Position numbers and translations under genes: made by a program. From a virus (Duplodnaviria > Caudoviricetes), in the IMG/VR virus record IMGVR_UViG_3300033075_001437, positions 32,001 through 96,000 of that record: a stretch of DNA of 64,000 bases. The stretch is one strand, 5' to 3'. Under the pieces are notes generated by a model that had not been told where the DNA came from, did not search any database, and was given only the letters and a program-made list of their open reading frames with translations. Below, piece after piece: positions 31,381-41,889 of the stretch (position 1 is the first letter of the stretch; every line of letters begins with the position of its first letter).

Positions 31381-31899
31381 ATGTTAGACACAAATGAAAA
31401 AACATTGGTCGAAGCTATCAAATCAATGCTAAATTCAGATGATGAAATAGGTTTAGCATTCCATAAAGATGATGAAGAAAACAGATCTGAAAGAGGTTAT
31501 GAATATCTACATAACAACATCGATCAACTAGTAGAATTAAAAACAGCAGAATTAACACATGCAACAAGTATTATGGCTGGGTTCAGAAAAGTACATGATT
31601 ATAAATACATTGATGACCCAACATTTAAAACAGCATTAAAAAAAGAAATGACAGCAATGGCTGTCCCAGCAGATGAAAGAGCTAAAATAGAAACTATTAT
31701 AGACAAAGTCATAGATGAAGTAAAAAACGAACAAAAAGAATGGTCAGAAAAAGATAGCGGTTTTAACCCGCACTTAGATGAAATAATAGATATGAGCAAA
31801 CCAGAACAACCTATAGAATGCGAAATTATTGATAGCGATTTAAATGATGAAAATGTAGAATTTGAACTTGGAGATGCATCGCCAGGGCATATGAACTAA
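31381..31899 (+). CDS. hypothetical acidic protein
   Basis: 172-aa plus-strand ORF preceded by GGAG. Confidence 0.65.
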   Translation: MLDTNEKTLVEAIKSMLNSDDEIGLAFHKDDEENRSERGYEYLHNNIDQLVELKTAELTHATSIMAGFRKVHDYKYIDDPTFKTALKKEMTAMAVPADERAKIETIIDKVIDEVKNEQKEWSEKDSGFNPHLDEIIDMSKPEQPIECEIIDSDLNDENVEFELGDASPGHMN

Positions 31900-32441
31900 A
31901 TTTTTGACACTATAGAAGCTAATGCTGAATTAATCTCTACAGTGGTGTTATTACATTCGACATACTTCTTAATTTGTTCTAATTCTATCTTTTTGAGCTT
32001 TATCTTATTAATTTTACGATTTAATTCATGCAATTTATTATTTATATAATCCATAAGACCAACCTTGTTAACATATGTGTCATATTCATATGAACGCTCA
32101 TTATCAGGCCCCCAAGAATTGCATATTTTTGTAGAACATGCTCGGTTATCATCGTCGTCAACTATATCATGAATAATATTGTCAGACTCATATTTCTTAA
32201 TATGTTCAACATCAAGACCAACCATAAAATCTTCAGTATAACTTGCATAAAAACTGCAATTATCACCATGCACATATAAACCGTCGCATGTAAATCTAAT
32301 ATAACCAAATTTATAATTATTAGTAAGTCTTATACAATTATCCTTAACCAAACACTTAATATTATTTTCAGATAAAAACCCCGCAACAGCATGAATAATA
32401 TCTTTCCAAATTTCAGATTGCGCCATTACTTGGTCATGCAT
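31896..32441 (-). CDS. hypothetical protein
   Basis: 181-aa ORF. Confidence 0.55.
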   Translation of the reverse strand: MHDQVMAQSEIWKDIIHAVAGFLSENNIKCLVKDNCIRLTNNYKFGYIRFTCDGLYVHGDNCSFYASYTEDFMVGLDVEHIKKYESDNIIHDIVDDDDNRACSTKICNSWGPDNERSYEYDTYVNKVGLMDYINNKLHELNRKINKIKLKKIELEQIKKYVECNNTTVEINSALASIVSKI

Positions 32442-32444
32442 ATA

Positions 32445-33194
32445 TTAACCTATAACTATAGATCCAGAACCGTGACACTTAGCACAAACTGATTCAATAC
32501 CTTTAGAAACAACAAAGCATGATCCATCGCACATTGGGCATTTGCGTAAAGAATCGTCATAACCATTTCTAAAATCTGGCATTTGGTCGTTTTTAGATTT
32601 ATCAGCCATATTTTTAAATCTATTTTGCAAAGTAGTATCATTCTCGCGTTTTGATATAGATATTCTCGTAGTACCAGTAGAATCTACTCTTTTAGTAGGT
32701 ATCACTATATTCATACCAGACCTACCTTCCACATTTACAAGTTTAACCTTGCCAGAAGTGTCTATCTTATCAGTCAACTGCGATTTGCTCAATCCGCCGT
32801 TAGCTCCTCTGTAAGCAGCAGCATCGCCAGAAGCATTGATTTTAATATTGTTTTTAGCATTGTCATAAATTTCAGATGAAACCATATCATCGTCTATTGT
32901 GACTTCTGGTTCTGGTTGTCTTTGTGGCTGTCTTATATCATCTTGTTTAGTTGGTTTAGAAACAATCGTTAAATTGTTAGACTCGCTAATATTAAGACCA
33001 TATGCTTTAGCCATTTCGAGAATCTTATCAATTTCAACCTTTTTAGCTAAGTATGCTTCTCTAACAGTTTTAACTGTGGCATCTTCAGCATGATCGTCAC
33101 AAACCATGACTGTAACCTTACTATTATCATCTAGTGTTACAGTCATAGATGTATTTAAATTTTCGCTACATGTACAGAAAACGCACTTATTCAT
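32445..33194 (-). CDS. Zn-finger protein with DnaJ-like C-terminal Cys repeat
   Basis: CVFC..CDDH at the N-terminus; CPMCDGSC..CAKCHGSG at the C-terminus; GGAGG before MNKC. Confidence 0.65.
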   Translation of the reverse strand: MNKCVFCTCSENLNTSMTVTLDDNSKVTVMVCDDHAEDATVKTVREAYLAKKVEIDKILEMAKAYGLNISESNNLTIVSKPTKQDDIRQPQRQPEPEVTIDDDMVSSEIYDNAKNNIKINASGDAAAYRGANGGLSKSQLTDKIDTSGKVKLVNVEGRSGMNIVIPTKRVDSTGTTRISISKRENDTTLQNRFKNMADKSKNDQMPDFRNGYDDSLRKCPMCDGSCFVVSKGIESVCAKCHGSGSIVIG

Positions 33195-33206
33195 CGGAAC
33201 CTCCAA

Positions 33207-33602
33207 ATGACAGACAGAATATTTGTTATCGACATTGATTTAGATGATAAAGTTGAAAAAATCATATCTAATGAAATACATGATTTATCATTAGAATCTA
33301 AAGATAAATTAAATTCAGCAATAGCAATGGCAGAATCCTTGCAAAAACTTAAGAATGATAAAGAAAAAACAAAAACAGAAAAAGAAGAATTTGTTAAGTC
33401 GATAACAGAAGAACTTATAAACGCCGGTGCGACAGGGATGCCATGCCAAACAATATATGACAAAGCTAAAACGGTTGATATAACATCGTCAGTGATAAGC
33501 ACTAAAATAAAACTTTCACTGATCGAAAACCATGAAGATAAATACGAATTATGCAAAGAAACAATAAATAAAGAAAAAATATTTGTGATCAAGTCAAAAT
33601 GA
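33207..33602 (+). CDS. hypothetical protein
   Basis: 131-aa plus-strand ORF filling a gap. Confidence 0.55.
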   Translation: MTDRIFVIDIDLDDKVEKIISNEIHDLSLESKDKLNSAIAMAESLQKLKNDKEKTKTEKEEFVKSITEELINAGATGMPCQTIYDKAKTVDITSSVISTKIKLSLIENHEDKYELCKETINKEKIFVIKSK

Positions 33603-34217
33603 TTATTTTGCATTTTCTAAAACATCTATAAAAACATTTAATTTATTTAAGTATACATTAAACATTGTGTCATCAAATTCGGGTAAAGAAAATACTTTAT
33701 ATTCTCTTCCTTTAACAATTTTACCAATTGAAGAATTATAATCGCATTCACAAAAATGATTAAAAACAATTTTACCTACTGTAGCAATTAACACTGGCTT
33801 AACAATATTTAATTCTATTTGAATCAATGGGTTACATAATTTGATATCTTCTTTAGTTATATCGTCAGTATAACACTTCAATAAAGAAGTTTTATAATAT
33901 CTATAATCTGATGCAACACCTTTGCATAAATCATTCCAATCCGGTTTTGATTTGACAATCATATATTTAGACAATCTCATATTGCTAAACGCATGCGGAT
34001 CTCTAATTTCATTTCCTATTATAATTGGCCTTGTCCCATTTTGGCACATAGAGCATGCCATACAAGTTTTTGAAACTTGTCTAAGCATTCGCAATTTACG
34101 ATCATCATCTGTTTCATTCTTTGGTGTATCAAACAAAGAAATCTTTTCCAATTTTGGAATTTCAGTAGGTTGGTAATTAAACCACTCAAAATCTAATAAT
34201 TCTTGTATATTTGACAT
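33603..34217 (-). CDS. family-4 uracil-DNA glycosylase-like protein, degenerate
   Basis: CMACSMC, TSLLKC, C.PLIQIELNIVKP..IATVGK; GEAPG and HP motifs absent. Confidence 0.65.
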   Translation of the reverse strand: MSNIQELLDFEWFNYQPTEIPKLEKISLFDTPKNETDDDRKLRMLRQVSKTCMACSMCQNGTRPIIIGNEIRDPHAFSNMRLSKYMIVKSKPDWNDLCKGVASDYRYYKTSLLKCYTDDITKEDIKLCNPLIQIELNIVKPVLIATVGKIVFNHFCECDYNSSIGKIVKGREYKVFSLPEFDDTMFNVYLNKLNVFIDVLENAK

Positions 34218-34218
34218 A

Positions 34219-35166
34219 TTATAATTTTATGGTTCTCATTATTTTACCATCTATTGAATATCTAAAAGCATGCAAAATAGCCGAACCAACATCTATTGAC
34301 ATGTTACTTGAGCTAGTGGCTCCTATGTTTGTTATACCTATTTTATCATAATTAATCTGAGGAGCACCTATTGGCCATGCGTCTTTTATGTATGTCCCAT
34401 CTAAAATATCAAACTTCTTAATGAAAGGCATTAATATAACGCCAGGATTATCTATCTCGCCGACGAAATAAAACAAATACCTTTTAGGTGCTATACACGA
34501 AACCTTAAAAAATGGTATAGCAGCGTCGGCAACCATTACCTGATTAGCACCTTCAAAATCTAATTCTTCTGTTGCTAAATGGACATAACTAACATCTACC
34601 GATTTATATATTTTATTAATTCCCAGCAATTTTGACAAATATGTAGCTGGGATAGTGGAAACTATATTATCATAATCAAACCTTTTGTTATTAGCTGTGA
34701 AATACCTTTCAGACATATTTATTACTTTTGGTAAACCATCGCTCCAGCTTTTTAAATCTTCACGATATTCATTAACTAAAGATTCATATATCTTATTTAA
34801 CCTTGCATTATAAATAGCAAACGTCATTTTAGTAGATATCTGTCTATCAACACTATCATCATATTGGCCGAACACTTTATTGTGCCACTGTTTAGCTAGG
34901 TCCTCATTATACTCACTTATAAGTTGCCCATTTATAGACCACGATTTTTTATAAAAAAGAATATTATTGCTAGAAAGCGGTTTATCAGCTTCATTTAAGT
35001 TTTTGACAAATTCATCTAATCTTTCATCTCTTATTATAAAATTATCTGATAACGCTGGGTTATAACTAAAGTACCTGCTATTTCCAAATGGTACTATTTT
35101 CCATTTATCGCCAAGTATTTTACGGGTTAATAAAGCTATAATACCAGATCCGAATATATAATTCAT
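34219..35166 (-). CDS. FAD-dependent oxidoreductase-like (Glf/HemY fold), degenerate
   Basis: YIFGSGIIAL Rossmann-like start, YDNIVSTIP, IGA near the C-terminus. Confidence 0.5.
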   Translation of the reverse strand: MNYIFGSGIIALLTRKILGDKWKIVPFGNSRYFSYNPALSDNFIIRDERLDEFVKNLNEADKPLSSNNILFYKKSWSINGQLISEYNEDLAKQWHNKVFGQYDDSVDRQISTKMTFAIYNARLNKIYESLVNEYREDLKSWSDGLPKVINMSERYFTANNKRFDYDNIVSTIPATYLSKLLGINKIYKSVDVSYVHLATEELDFEGANQVMVADAAIPFFKVSCIAPKRYLFYFVGEIDNPGVILMPFIKKFDILDGTYIKDAWPIGAPQINYDKIGITNIGATSSSNMSIDVGSAILHAFRYSIDGKIMRTIKL

Positions 35167-35873
35167 AATTCTTCAATTTTTATGTTAGTGTTCTTTTTAC
35201 TTTCTTTAATATTTACAACATTTATTATAAAATCGTCTAGGTCATTCTCAAAATCATCTAGATTTTCGATCTTATCATTATTAATATTAGAATTTGGAAA
35301 TTTAATTGGAACAAATGGGTCTTTGAAAGCAAAACATTCGCAACTAATATTTAAAACTTCAAATGGATAACTTTGAAAGTCAACATTAACTTCTAACAAT
35401 TTACCGCATTTATTGCATGTCGCTAATATAGAAGTTGGAACTATCAACCTTCCTAACGAGTCATAACAACCACTTATAATAGATGCTGAAAAGTTAGCTG
35501 GTCTTGCTAATATTTCCTCGTCATTTAATTTAATCTTTATTAAATCGTATGGATTATAATTTATTTTGTTTTTCATGTTCTTTTGAATGTAGATATAGCC
35601 CAATCGGCTATTAAATCTCGGAGAAACTGCTCGTCTGTCCAACTCATAAGACTACAGGCACTTGCAAGATTTAGCTTATCAATTGCTCTTCTAACCTTAT
35701 CTGGTATAAACAATGCTTCAATAAGGTTATTCTTTATTTCGCTTATTTCACAAGATTCCAAAACATTATTACAAAAAGAACATCCATTTGGTTCGATTGT
35801 AGACCCACATAGTTTACAATTAGCCGCATTCATTTTTAATTTCTAAAAAAGCGTTTAAAATAGTAAATACGAT

Positions 35874-36083
35874 ATGATAAATTTAAATGAAGTGACAAAT
35901 AGAATAAAAGCCGCTGGAAGAAAAAACGTCCGTCTAATAGTAATGGATGGGCAAGATATAGCAACTGGCGACTATAAAATTGAAGTGTTCGATGGTCAAT
36001 GGATAACTATCGCAGAAGGTGTTAAGAAAAACATCGCTGAATCAATGATAACCCAAGCACTAAACAAAATAATTCTCGGTTAG
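35874..36083 (+). CDS. hypothetical protein
   Basis: 69-aa plus-strand ORF. Confidence 0.55.
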   Translation: MINLNEVTNRIKAAGRKNVRLIVMDGQDIATGDYKIEVFDGQWITIAEGVKKNIAESMITQALNKIILG

Positions 36084-36086
36084 ACA

Positions 36087-36389
36087 ATGATAAAATCAGC
36101 ATTAGATTTATCAAAATATAATATTGGCGATAAGGTATACTACATAGCAAACGAATCTAAACTGATACAATCACGTATAACCATGAAAGTATCATCTCCA
36201 AAGTTAATAATAAAATCGTCGATTATAGCAAATAAAACAAGAATAGAAGGAAGATATTATTACGATATAAATGAAGACCTTTGGATAGACCAAAAAGACA
36301 TATTTGAAACAATACAAGGTGCTAAACACCATGTAGAAAAAGTGCTAAAAACAATATTAAAGAATATCAAACAACAGTTGAATTACTAA
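36087..36389 (+). CDS. hypothetical protein
   Basis: KYNIGDKVYY motif. Confidence 0.55.
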   Translation: MIKSALDLSKYNIGDKVYYIANESKLIQSRITMKVSSPKLIIKSSIIANKTRIEGRYYYDINEDLWIDQKDIFETIQGAKHHVEKVLKTILKNIKQQLNY

Positions 36390-36861
36390 GCAAAGCTTTG
36401 AACTCAATATATTTAGTTTTAAGCCTATCAAATTCTAAATCACAGATATTTATACTTAAGTAATTAGTATCAGACAACACATTTGGTATATTAACAAAAG
36501 AATTAGACCCGCACTCACATAATTTATTGTTATACTGTTTATCGCATCGCTTACAAACTACCTTAAGACCTTCCGAAGACACGTTAACTTTAGCTATAGA
36601 AACAGAAAAATAATTTGACACAATAGGCTTCCCAGTTATCTCACATATCAATTTACCACTGCTATTCTTATTATTATTTAATATAGAAACAAGCATATTT
36701 TCAACACATTTGCTACATACATCCAATGAAAATATCTTATCCGATTGCGTATTAAATTTAAAATCAACTTCTTTAAAATCAAAAGAATAGTATATAAAAT
36801 TATCTCTATAAACAGAACCACATTGGTCGCATGATATAGCAATAGCATTTTTAATTTGCAT
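36367..36861 (-). CDS. Cys-rich hypothetical protein
   Basis: Multiple CxxC pairs. Confidence 0.6.
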   Translation of the reverse strand: MQIKNAIAISCDQCGSVYRDNFIYYSFDFKEVDFKFNTQSDKIFSLDVCSKCVENMLVSILNNNKNSSGKLICEITGKPIVSNYFSVSIAKVNVSSEGLKVVCKRCDKQYNNKLCECGSNSFVNIPNVLSDTNYLSINICDLEFDRLKTKYIEFKALLSNSTVV

Positions 36862-36864
36862 GTT

Positions 36865-38460
36865 TTACCTTCTCTTTGGAACTCTTATAATTACTTCATT
36901 TCTTAATAAACTAAAAGAATTTCTCTTTTCATCATATTTAACCATCATTCTAACACAATTTCCAACAGCTAGAGCTGTGCTTATCTTTAAATTAGAATTC
37001 ATTTCTTTTTCCCATATAAAGACAGTAGCCGATTCAACACCATCAAAAACATTAAGCCTCATATATGAAGTTTCAGATTTAGTTTTAGCAGATGTTATCT
37101 CTGTTATAATGACCTCAATATCAGCTGCTTTCTCATGTTCACATATTTCTATAGCACTTCTAATAGATAGACTATTGTGTTGATAAACATCCATAGGTGA
37201 ATGAATATAGTAACCTAAAAACTCTTTCTCAAAATTTAATAATTCTTCTAAAGTATAATCTTCTTCCTCCTCAAAAACCCGCATTAGTTTATCAAAACTT
37301 TCATCTGGTTCAGGTTTAAAATTCGCTAATTTGTTTGGTATCTTATTCCTTTTAGGATAAATTGATTTATATTCTGCTATTAATTCTTTAGATTTCTGCG
37401 ATATTTTATCATCTGTCCAGCCATCAAGCAACAAAAGCTTTTTCTTTACTTCTTTAGCATGTTCATAAGAAGTATATTTATATTGATAATAATTCCAAAG
37501 AGCCTTTGAATGGCCATGTTTCGGGATATGCTTAAAAGCACCTAGCTTTATAAATCTTTCTAGAACCTTTTTATCCTTTTTATCATCAGCGACAAATTCA
37601 TCTAAAGTTTTATAATCTCCCTTACCAGCAAATTTTTGTGCAGCTACCTCACCTATGCCTTTAACACCAATTAACCCCTGGTTAATAACACTGCCTGTAA
37701 CAGTATATTTATTTGTAAGATTATTGATATTAACAATTCCTAAATCTAGCTTATCATCGTTTTTATAACGGCCCAATTTTGTTATATCTGTTGGAACCCA
37801 CCCCTCATTGCGTGCTGTTTGAATATATCTTTCTAATTTATCTGGATGGCATGAACTCATAACAGCCGCCCAATACTCTGGTGCAAAATGAGCCTTTAAC
37901 CATAATGTTCTATACGCAACTAAACAATATGAAACAGAATGTGAAGCGTTAAAAGCATATCTAGCAAATCCTGACATCATATCCCACCATCTTAAAGCTT
38001 CACTTTCTCCAATGGTTTTAGTAGCACCTTCAATCCACTTACTTTTAACAGCTTTGAGTTGTTCTCCCCATTTCTTAGCAACAGCTTTCCTTGCATTTTG
38101 CGCCTCCGTAGAAGAAAACCCTCCAAACGATTGCCACATAGCAGCAAGTTGCTCTTGATAAACAAGATAACCATATGTCTTGTTTAATATTTTAAGCATT
38201 CTATCATTCAATTTAGTCTTCCATATCTGATTCTTATCATCTCTATTAGCTATAATTTCAGGTATAAAATCGATAGGACCAGGATGCCCACAAGCATTCA
38301 ATATCATTAAATCGTAAAAATTATTAACACCATGCTTTAGAATAGAATTATGGACAACCAACCCGTCTATTACAAAATTACCTTCTGATAAACCATTTGC
38401 AAAATTATGTATATCATATGTCTTTGCTTTGTGATGCTTTTTTATGCTTTTGATCTTCAT
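36865..38460 (-). CDS. dnaE: DnaE piece 5: split-intein C-half (38 aa) plus fingers/HhH/OB
   Basis: MKIKSIK..TYDI..GNFVIDGLVVHN|S, then GHPGP, YGYLVYQEQ, ARKAVAKK, FARYAFNASHSVSY, WLKAHF, VKGIGE, EKEFLGYY. Confidence 0.92.
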   Translation of the reverse strand: MKIKSIKKHHKAKTYDIHNFANGLSEGNFVIDGLVVHNSILKHGVNNFYDLMILNACGHPGPIDFIPEIIANRDDKNQIWKTKLNDRMLKILNKTYGYLVYQEQLAAMWQSFGGFSSTEAQNARKAVAKKWGEQLKAVKSKWIEGATKTIGESEALRWWDMMSGFARYAFNASHSVSYCLVAYRTLWLKAHFAPEYWAAVMSSCHPDKLERYIQTARNEGWVPTDITKLGRYKNDDKLDLGIVNINNLTNKYTVTGSVINQGLIGVKGIGEVAAQKFAGKGDYKTLDEFVADDKKDKKVLERFIKLGAFKHIPKHGHSKALWNYYQYKYTSYEHAKEVKKKLLLLDGWTDDKISQKSKELIAEYKSIYPKRNKIPNKLANFKPEPDESFDKLMRVFEEEEDYTLEELLNFEKEFLGYYIHSPMDVYQHNSLSIRSAIEICEHEKAADIEVIITEITSAKTKSETSYMRLNVFDGVESATVFIWEKEMNSNLKISTALAVGNCVRMMVKYDEKRNSFSLLRNEVIIRVPKRR

Positions 38461-38462
38461 AC

Positions 38463-38783
38463 TTACGATAATACGTCATAAGGAGTTTTCGACATATCAA
38501 GTATATTATTAACTACAAACTCAACATCAAAATTTTCATCTATATTAAAAATTATAGCATGTCTAAGCGGTGGTTTAATAGATACTTCTTTATTAGTCAC
38601 CACAACTGTGCAACGATATAAATAATCGCAATAAATCATAATACGACGAGGAATCAACGGATTTCCTTTCACATTTATATTCACATTCTCAGCCATAAGC
38701 CTACGTATTATATTGCCCAATATGCATGAAGAAATATCATCTCCTAACCATGGAGGAAGATGGCCATTACGCTCAAACTTCAT
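38463..38783 (-). CDS. small paralog-family protein
   Basis: FNIDENFDVEFVV, resembles the adjacent ORF. Confidence 0.55.
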   Translation of the reverse strand: MKFERNGHLPPWLGDDISSCILGNIIRRLMAENVNINVKGNPLIPRRIMIYCDYLYRCTVVVTNKEVSIKPPLRHAIIFNIDENFDVEFVVNNILDMSKTPYDVLS

Positions 38784-39039
38784 TATAATACACCATTATA
38801 TATTGCACAATTAACGAAACATCAAAATTATCATCTATATCAAAACAAACATCAAAATTGTCACTTGGCAATATAAAAGATTTTGACAAATATATCGCTT
38901 GGCGATCAATTTTAAGAACACATTTGAATCTTTGATAATAATAGATAGAAACACGATATTTTAAAAAATGTCTAATTATACTAATACCATCAAAGCTCAC
39001 AATTTCTTGCACTACAGTATCTAATATATCGTCGATCAT
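38773..39039 (-). CDS. small paralog-family protein
   Basis: MIDDILDTVV...FDIDDNFDVSLIV. Confidence 0.55.
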   Translation of the reverse strand: MIDDILDTVVQEIVSFDGISIIRHFLKYRVSIYYYQRFKCVLKIDRQAIYLSKSFILPSDNFDVCFDIDDNFDVSLIVQYIMVYYNEV

Positions 39040-39506
39040 GCAAATGTCTTATAAATCTTAGAATCTTTAACTTCTGGAAACATTTCAGCAGCAAAAGCAA
39101 GATACTCACTAGCTTGACAATGCTGTGAAAGTTCATCCCATAAAAGGCCATAAGCAGGGCGTTGCGAGTTTGCAGGACAACCTTCGCGTTTCTCATACTC
39201 GCAAATAGCTGCTATTATTTTACGACAGCCCTCACAAAACTGGATATCAAAGCTTTCTCCATAATCATGATCACACTCCGCATCTAAATCATAACAAATT
39301 TCACATGTTTCACGTTCACGCATAAACACTTTAGTTCTTGGCTCATTCTCTTCAATAATTGACCCACACTCACCGCATGTGCATTTATCGCCGTTAGACA
39401 ATAAATCTTCTTTAATAATTTCTGCAAACCAATCTGGATCATAATCAAAGCACATATCTATATCCTTAAGCGGGTTTTCTTCCAGGTTCAGAATTCCAAT
39501 TGGCAA
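39036..39506 (-). CDS. Cys-rich hypothetical protein
   Basis: CGECG, CEIC, CEGC. Confidence 0.6.
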   Translation of the reverse strand: MPIGILNLEENPLKDIDMCFDYDPDWFAEIIKEDLLSNGDKCTCGECGSIIEENEPRTKVFMRERETCEICYDLDAECDHDYGESFDIQFCEGCRKIIAAICEYEKREGCPANSQRPAYGLLWDELSQHCQASEYLAFAAEMFPEVKDSKIYKTFA

Positions 39507-40026
39507 ACTTTATAAATTCTTTCCTCTTATTAATAACAACAATGTTTGAATCTTTATAATGGAATTGTATAGTATCTAACCAACCAACCCTGTCTAACGT
39601 CAATAGCAACTCTGACAACATATGATGAACAGTTGGAACAGTGCCAGTATCGCCTAAACTATCATGAAATAACATTTTATCGCAACTAGTTAAGAATTTG
39701 GCCCATTTCAATCTATGGTCGCCTAAACCATCTATAAACAATACATCACATGTTGGTATTGTATCTGGAACTTCATATATCATTTTAAGATCTGGTTTGC
39801 ATGATTTATCTATAAGGTCTAACCTACCTTTAGTTTTATCAAACCATTTCTGATCTGTCTCATATGATGTAAACTCTTTAGCTATCTGAGATATTAGTAA
39901 TGTTGAACCACCCATACCAAACTCAACAACTGATTTACCTAAGCACAACTCATATAATACAACTACATCAGATCTACTAATATCACCCTGGATTTCAACT
40001 GTTTGTGGATTGAACATATAACTCAT
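39466..40026 (-). CDS. class I SAM-dependent methyltransferase-like
   Basis: VVEFGMGGST, SYETDQKW, DVLFIDG, FHDS. Confidence 0.7.
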   Translation of the reverse strand: MSYMFNPQTVEIQGDISRSDVVVLYELCLGKSVVEFGMGGSTLLISQIAKEFTSYETDQKWFDKTKGRLDLIDKSCKPDLKMIYEVPDTIPTCDVLFIDGLGDHRLKWAKFLTSCDKMLFHDSLGDTGTVPTVHHMLSELLLTLDRVGWLDTIQFHYKDSNIVVINKRKEFIKFANWNSEPGRKPA

Positions 40027-40651
40027 GTTTTCTCATGTTACAATGTTTTATCATTTCATCTTTATCATTATGATCAGGATTTTGTTCTAACCATAGTGAT
40101 AAATACGCATCATACCAATTCCAAATTTCAACACCATCACGCCAAATACTTTTGCAAGAAAAAACTGATGCATAATTTGTCTCTTCAGGTAAATCAGTTT
40201 TAGTTCTAAATGAAAATTCGCTACAATTATCAGAATACAATTCTGTAATAGCATATCTTTTCCATTTAGTTAAATATTGAATCCCACTAAATGTATATGT
40301 TTTAGTCTCATCACAAAGCCATTCATCGCCGACTTCGATCAACGATTTCAATCTATAATTAATCAAATCGCTAAAATCAGCTTCAATTAATGCTTCTTGC
40401 CAAAGTTTATACTCTTCATTTATGTCGTCTTCTGACAATTGCAACCTACTAGCAGCATCTCTTATTTTACCAATAAATTCCGAATCTCCTCTTTTTATAA
40501 TATTACAAAAATCTTTAAAATCAATACAACGCCAAAATGTGTCAATATACACTTTGCGGGCGATTACAAAATTCAATCCAATACTATTGGCTAATTCACG
40601 CCATTGCTGATTTTTTATAATTGAAATTTTAATATATGGTTCAGTTTTCAT
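39995..40651 (-). CDS. hypothetical protein
   Basis: 218-aa ORF. Confidence 0.55.
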   Translation of the reverse strand: MKTEPYIKISIIKNQQWRELANSIGLNFVIARKVYIDTFWRCIDFKDFCNIIKRGDSEFIGKIRDAASRLQLSEDDINEEYKLWQEALIEADFSDLINYRLKSLIEVGDEWLCDETKTYTFSGIQYLTKWKRYAITELYSDNCSEFSFRTKTDLPEETNYASVFSCKSIWRDGVEIWNWYDAYLSLWLEQNPDHNDKDEMIKHCNMRKHELYVQSTNS

Positions 40652-40674
40652 GTAAATCTGTTACCAAAGCATAT

Positions 40675-40899
40675 TTAAAAATAAACTAAACAATCATATA
40701 TCATTTTATCTACATCAAGATCGCAATAATTAATTTTCAATACACCATTGTCATTTAAAATAGATAAATAATCATCGCGTATTTGTATTATACAAATATT
40801 AAACCCACATTTATATACATATATATTTAATCCTGAAATTATGATTTCACATTTATTTAATTTAAATCCAAACGATATAATATTTATTAAATCTTCCAT
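40675..40899 (-). CDS. small paralog-family protein
   Basis: MEDLINII...INYCDLDVDKMI. Confidence 0.6.
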   Translation of the reverse strand: MEDLINIISFGFKLNKCEIIISGLNIYVYKCGFNICIIQIRDDYLSILNDNGVLKINYCDLDVDKMIYDCLVYF

Positions 40900-41132
40900 G
40901 TCATTACATCTAATATCAAACTGTCAATGTCAAGATCACTATAATTAATATAAGTAGTATGACTCTTTGTAGTCAATGCTAAAAAATTATTGTGTACACT
41001 TATAACTCCAACGGAATAAAAATCATCTTTAAACACATATATATCATTTCCGCCAGATACACGCACTTTGCAGCCATTTCTATCTAATCTTGATAAAATT
41101 AAATCAGTTATTTCATCGACAATTGGTATCAT
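40887..41132 (-). CDS. small paralog-family protein
   Basis: DEITDLILSRL...INYSDLDIDSLI. Confidence 0.6.
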   Translation of the reverse strand: MIPIVDEITDLILSRLDRNGCKVRVSGGNDIYVFKDDFYSVGVISVHNNFLALTTKSHTTYINYSDLDIDSLILDVMTWKI

Positions 41133-41581
41133 TGAAAAACCTTATGATGAAAACTCATAGCGTATGCGGCAGAATCTGTATCTTCATAAGTATTATATAA
41201 AATAGAAAAAGCCTTGAAACCAACAGCTTTAAAAAATAATTGTGCGCCTAAGTTAGTTTCTACAACATTTAAATATATATTATCACGGTTTCCAGTTAAT
41301 AATTTATCAACTAATTTTTTAATTAGCTTAGCGCCAAACCCACGCCTTCTAAAATCAGGATGTATAGCCAAATTTTTTAAATAATATTCAGACTTACGTA
41401 ATTTATAAACCATATAACCTATGACAATATTATCACACTCGATAACCATACCAAGTGTTTTACGTTGTCTTAAAAAATAAATGAAATCCTGTTCTGTCCA
41501 TGGATTTTCAAAACTCGCTTTTTCTATTTTTAAGACATCTGGTAGATCAGAACGAGCTATCCATCTAATTGTCATAGCCAC
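41129..41581 (-). CDS. rimI: RimI-like GNAT N-acetyltransferase
   Basis: IRW..DL..VL.IE..SF..PW, NLAIHPDFRRRGFG, V.ETNLGAQLFF..GF. Confidence 0.85.
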   Translation of the reverse strand: MAMTIRWIARSDLPDVLKIEKASFENPWTEQDFIYFLRQRKTLGMVIECDNIVIGYMVYKLRKSEYYLKNLAIHPDFRRRGFGAKLIKKLVDKLLTGNRDNIYLNVVETNLGAQLFFKAVGFKAFSILYNTYEDTDSAAYAMSFHHKVFQ

Positions 41582-41829
41582 CGCCTGACGACAAAATCGA
41601 CAAATCTATCGATATCAAACTCACAATAATCTAAACGTTCAGGATAATTTGGCCATGTATTATTGCTATTTATATAAATATAATACCCGTCTTTGCTAAA
41701 TAAAACAGTACAAACATGTTTATTTTTAACATGGATAGCACAACTTGAATGAAGAGATTTAGCTGATATGTTCGGCATCGAACTGAGAGTTTGAGCCACA
41801 ATATCAGCTAAATCTATTGTTATCCCCAT
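41572..41829 (-). CDS. small paralog-family protein
   Basis: IDLADIVAQTL...LDYCEFDIDRFV. Confidence 0.55.
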   Translation of the reverse strand: MGITIDLADIVAQTLSSMPNISAKSLHSSCAIHVKNKHVCTVLFSKDGYYIYINSNNTWPNYPERLDYCEFDIDRFVDFVVRRWL

Positions 41830-41841
41830 TTTATATAATCG

Positions 41842-41871
41842 TTAACGGTAAATTATAACTGTTACCGTTAA
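41842..41871 (-). terminator. inverted repeat, terminator-like
   Basis: ttaacggtaa / ttaccgttaa 10-bp stem in an intergenic gap. Confidence 0.45.
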
Positions 41872-41889
41872 TGACCGCATATCCCAGTA

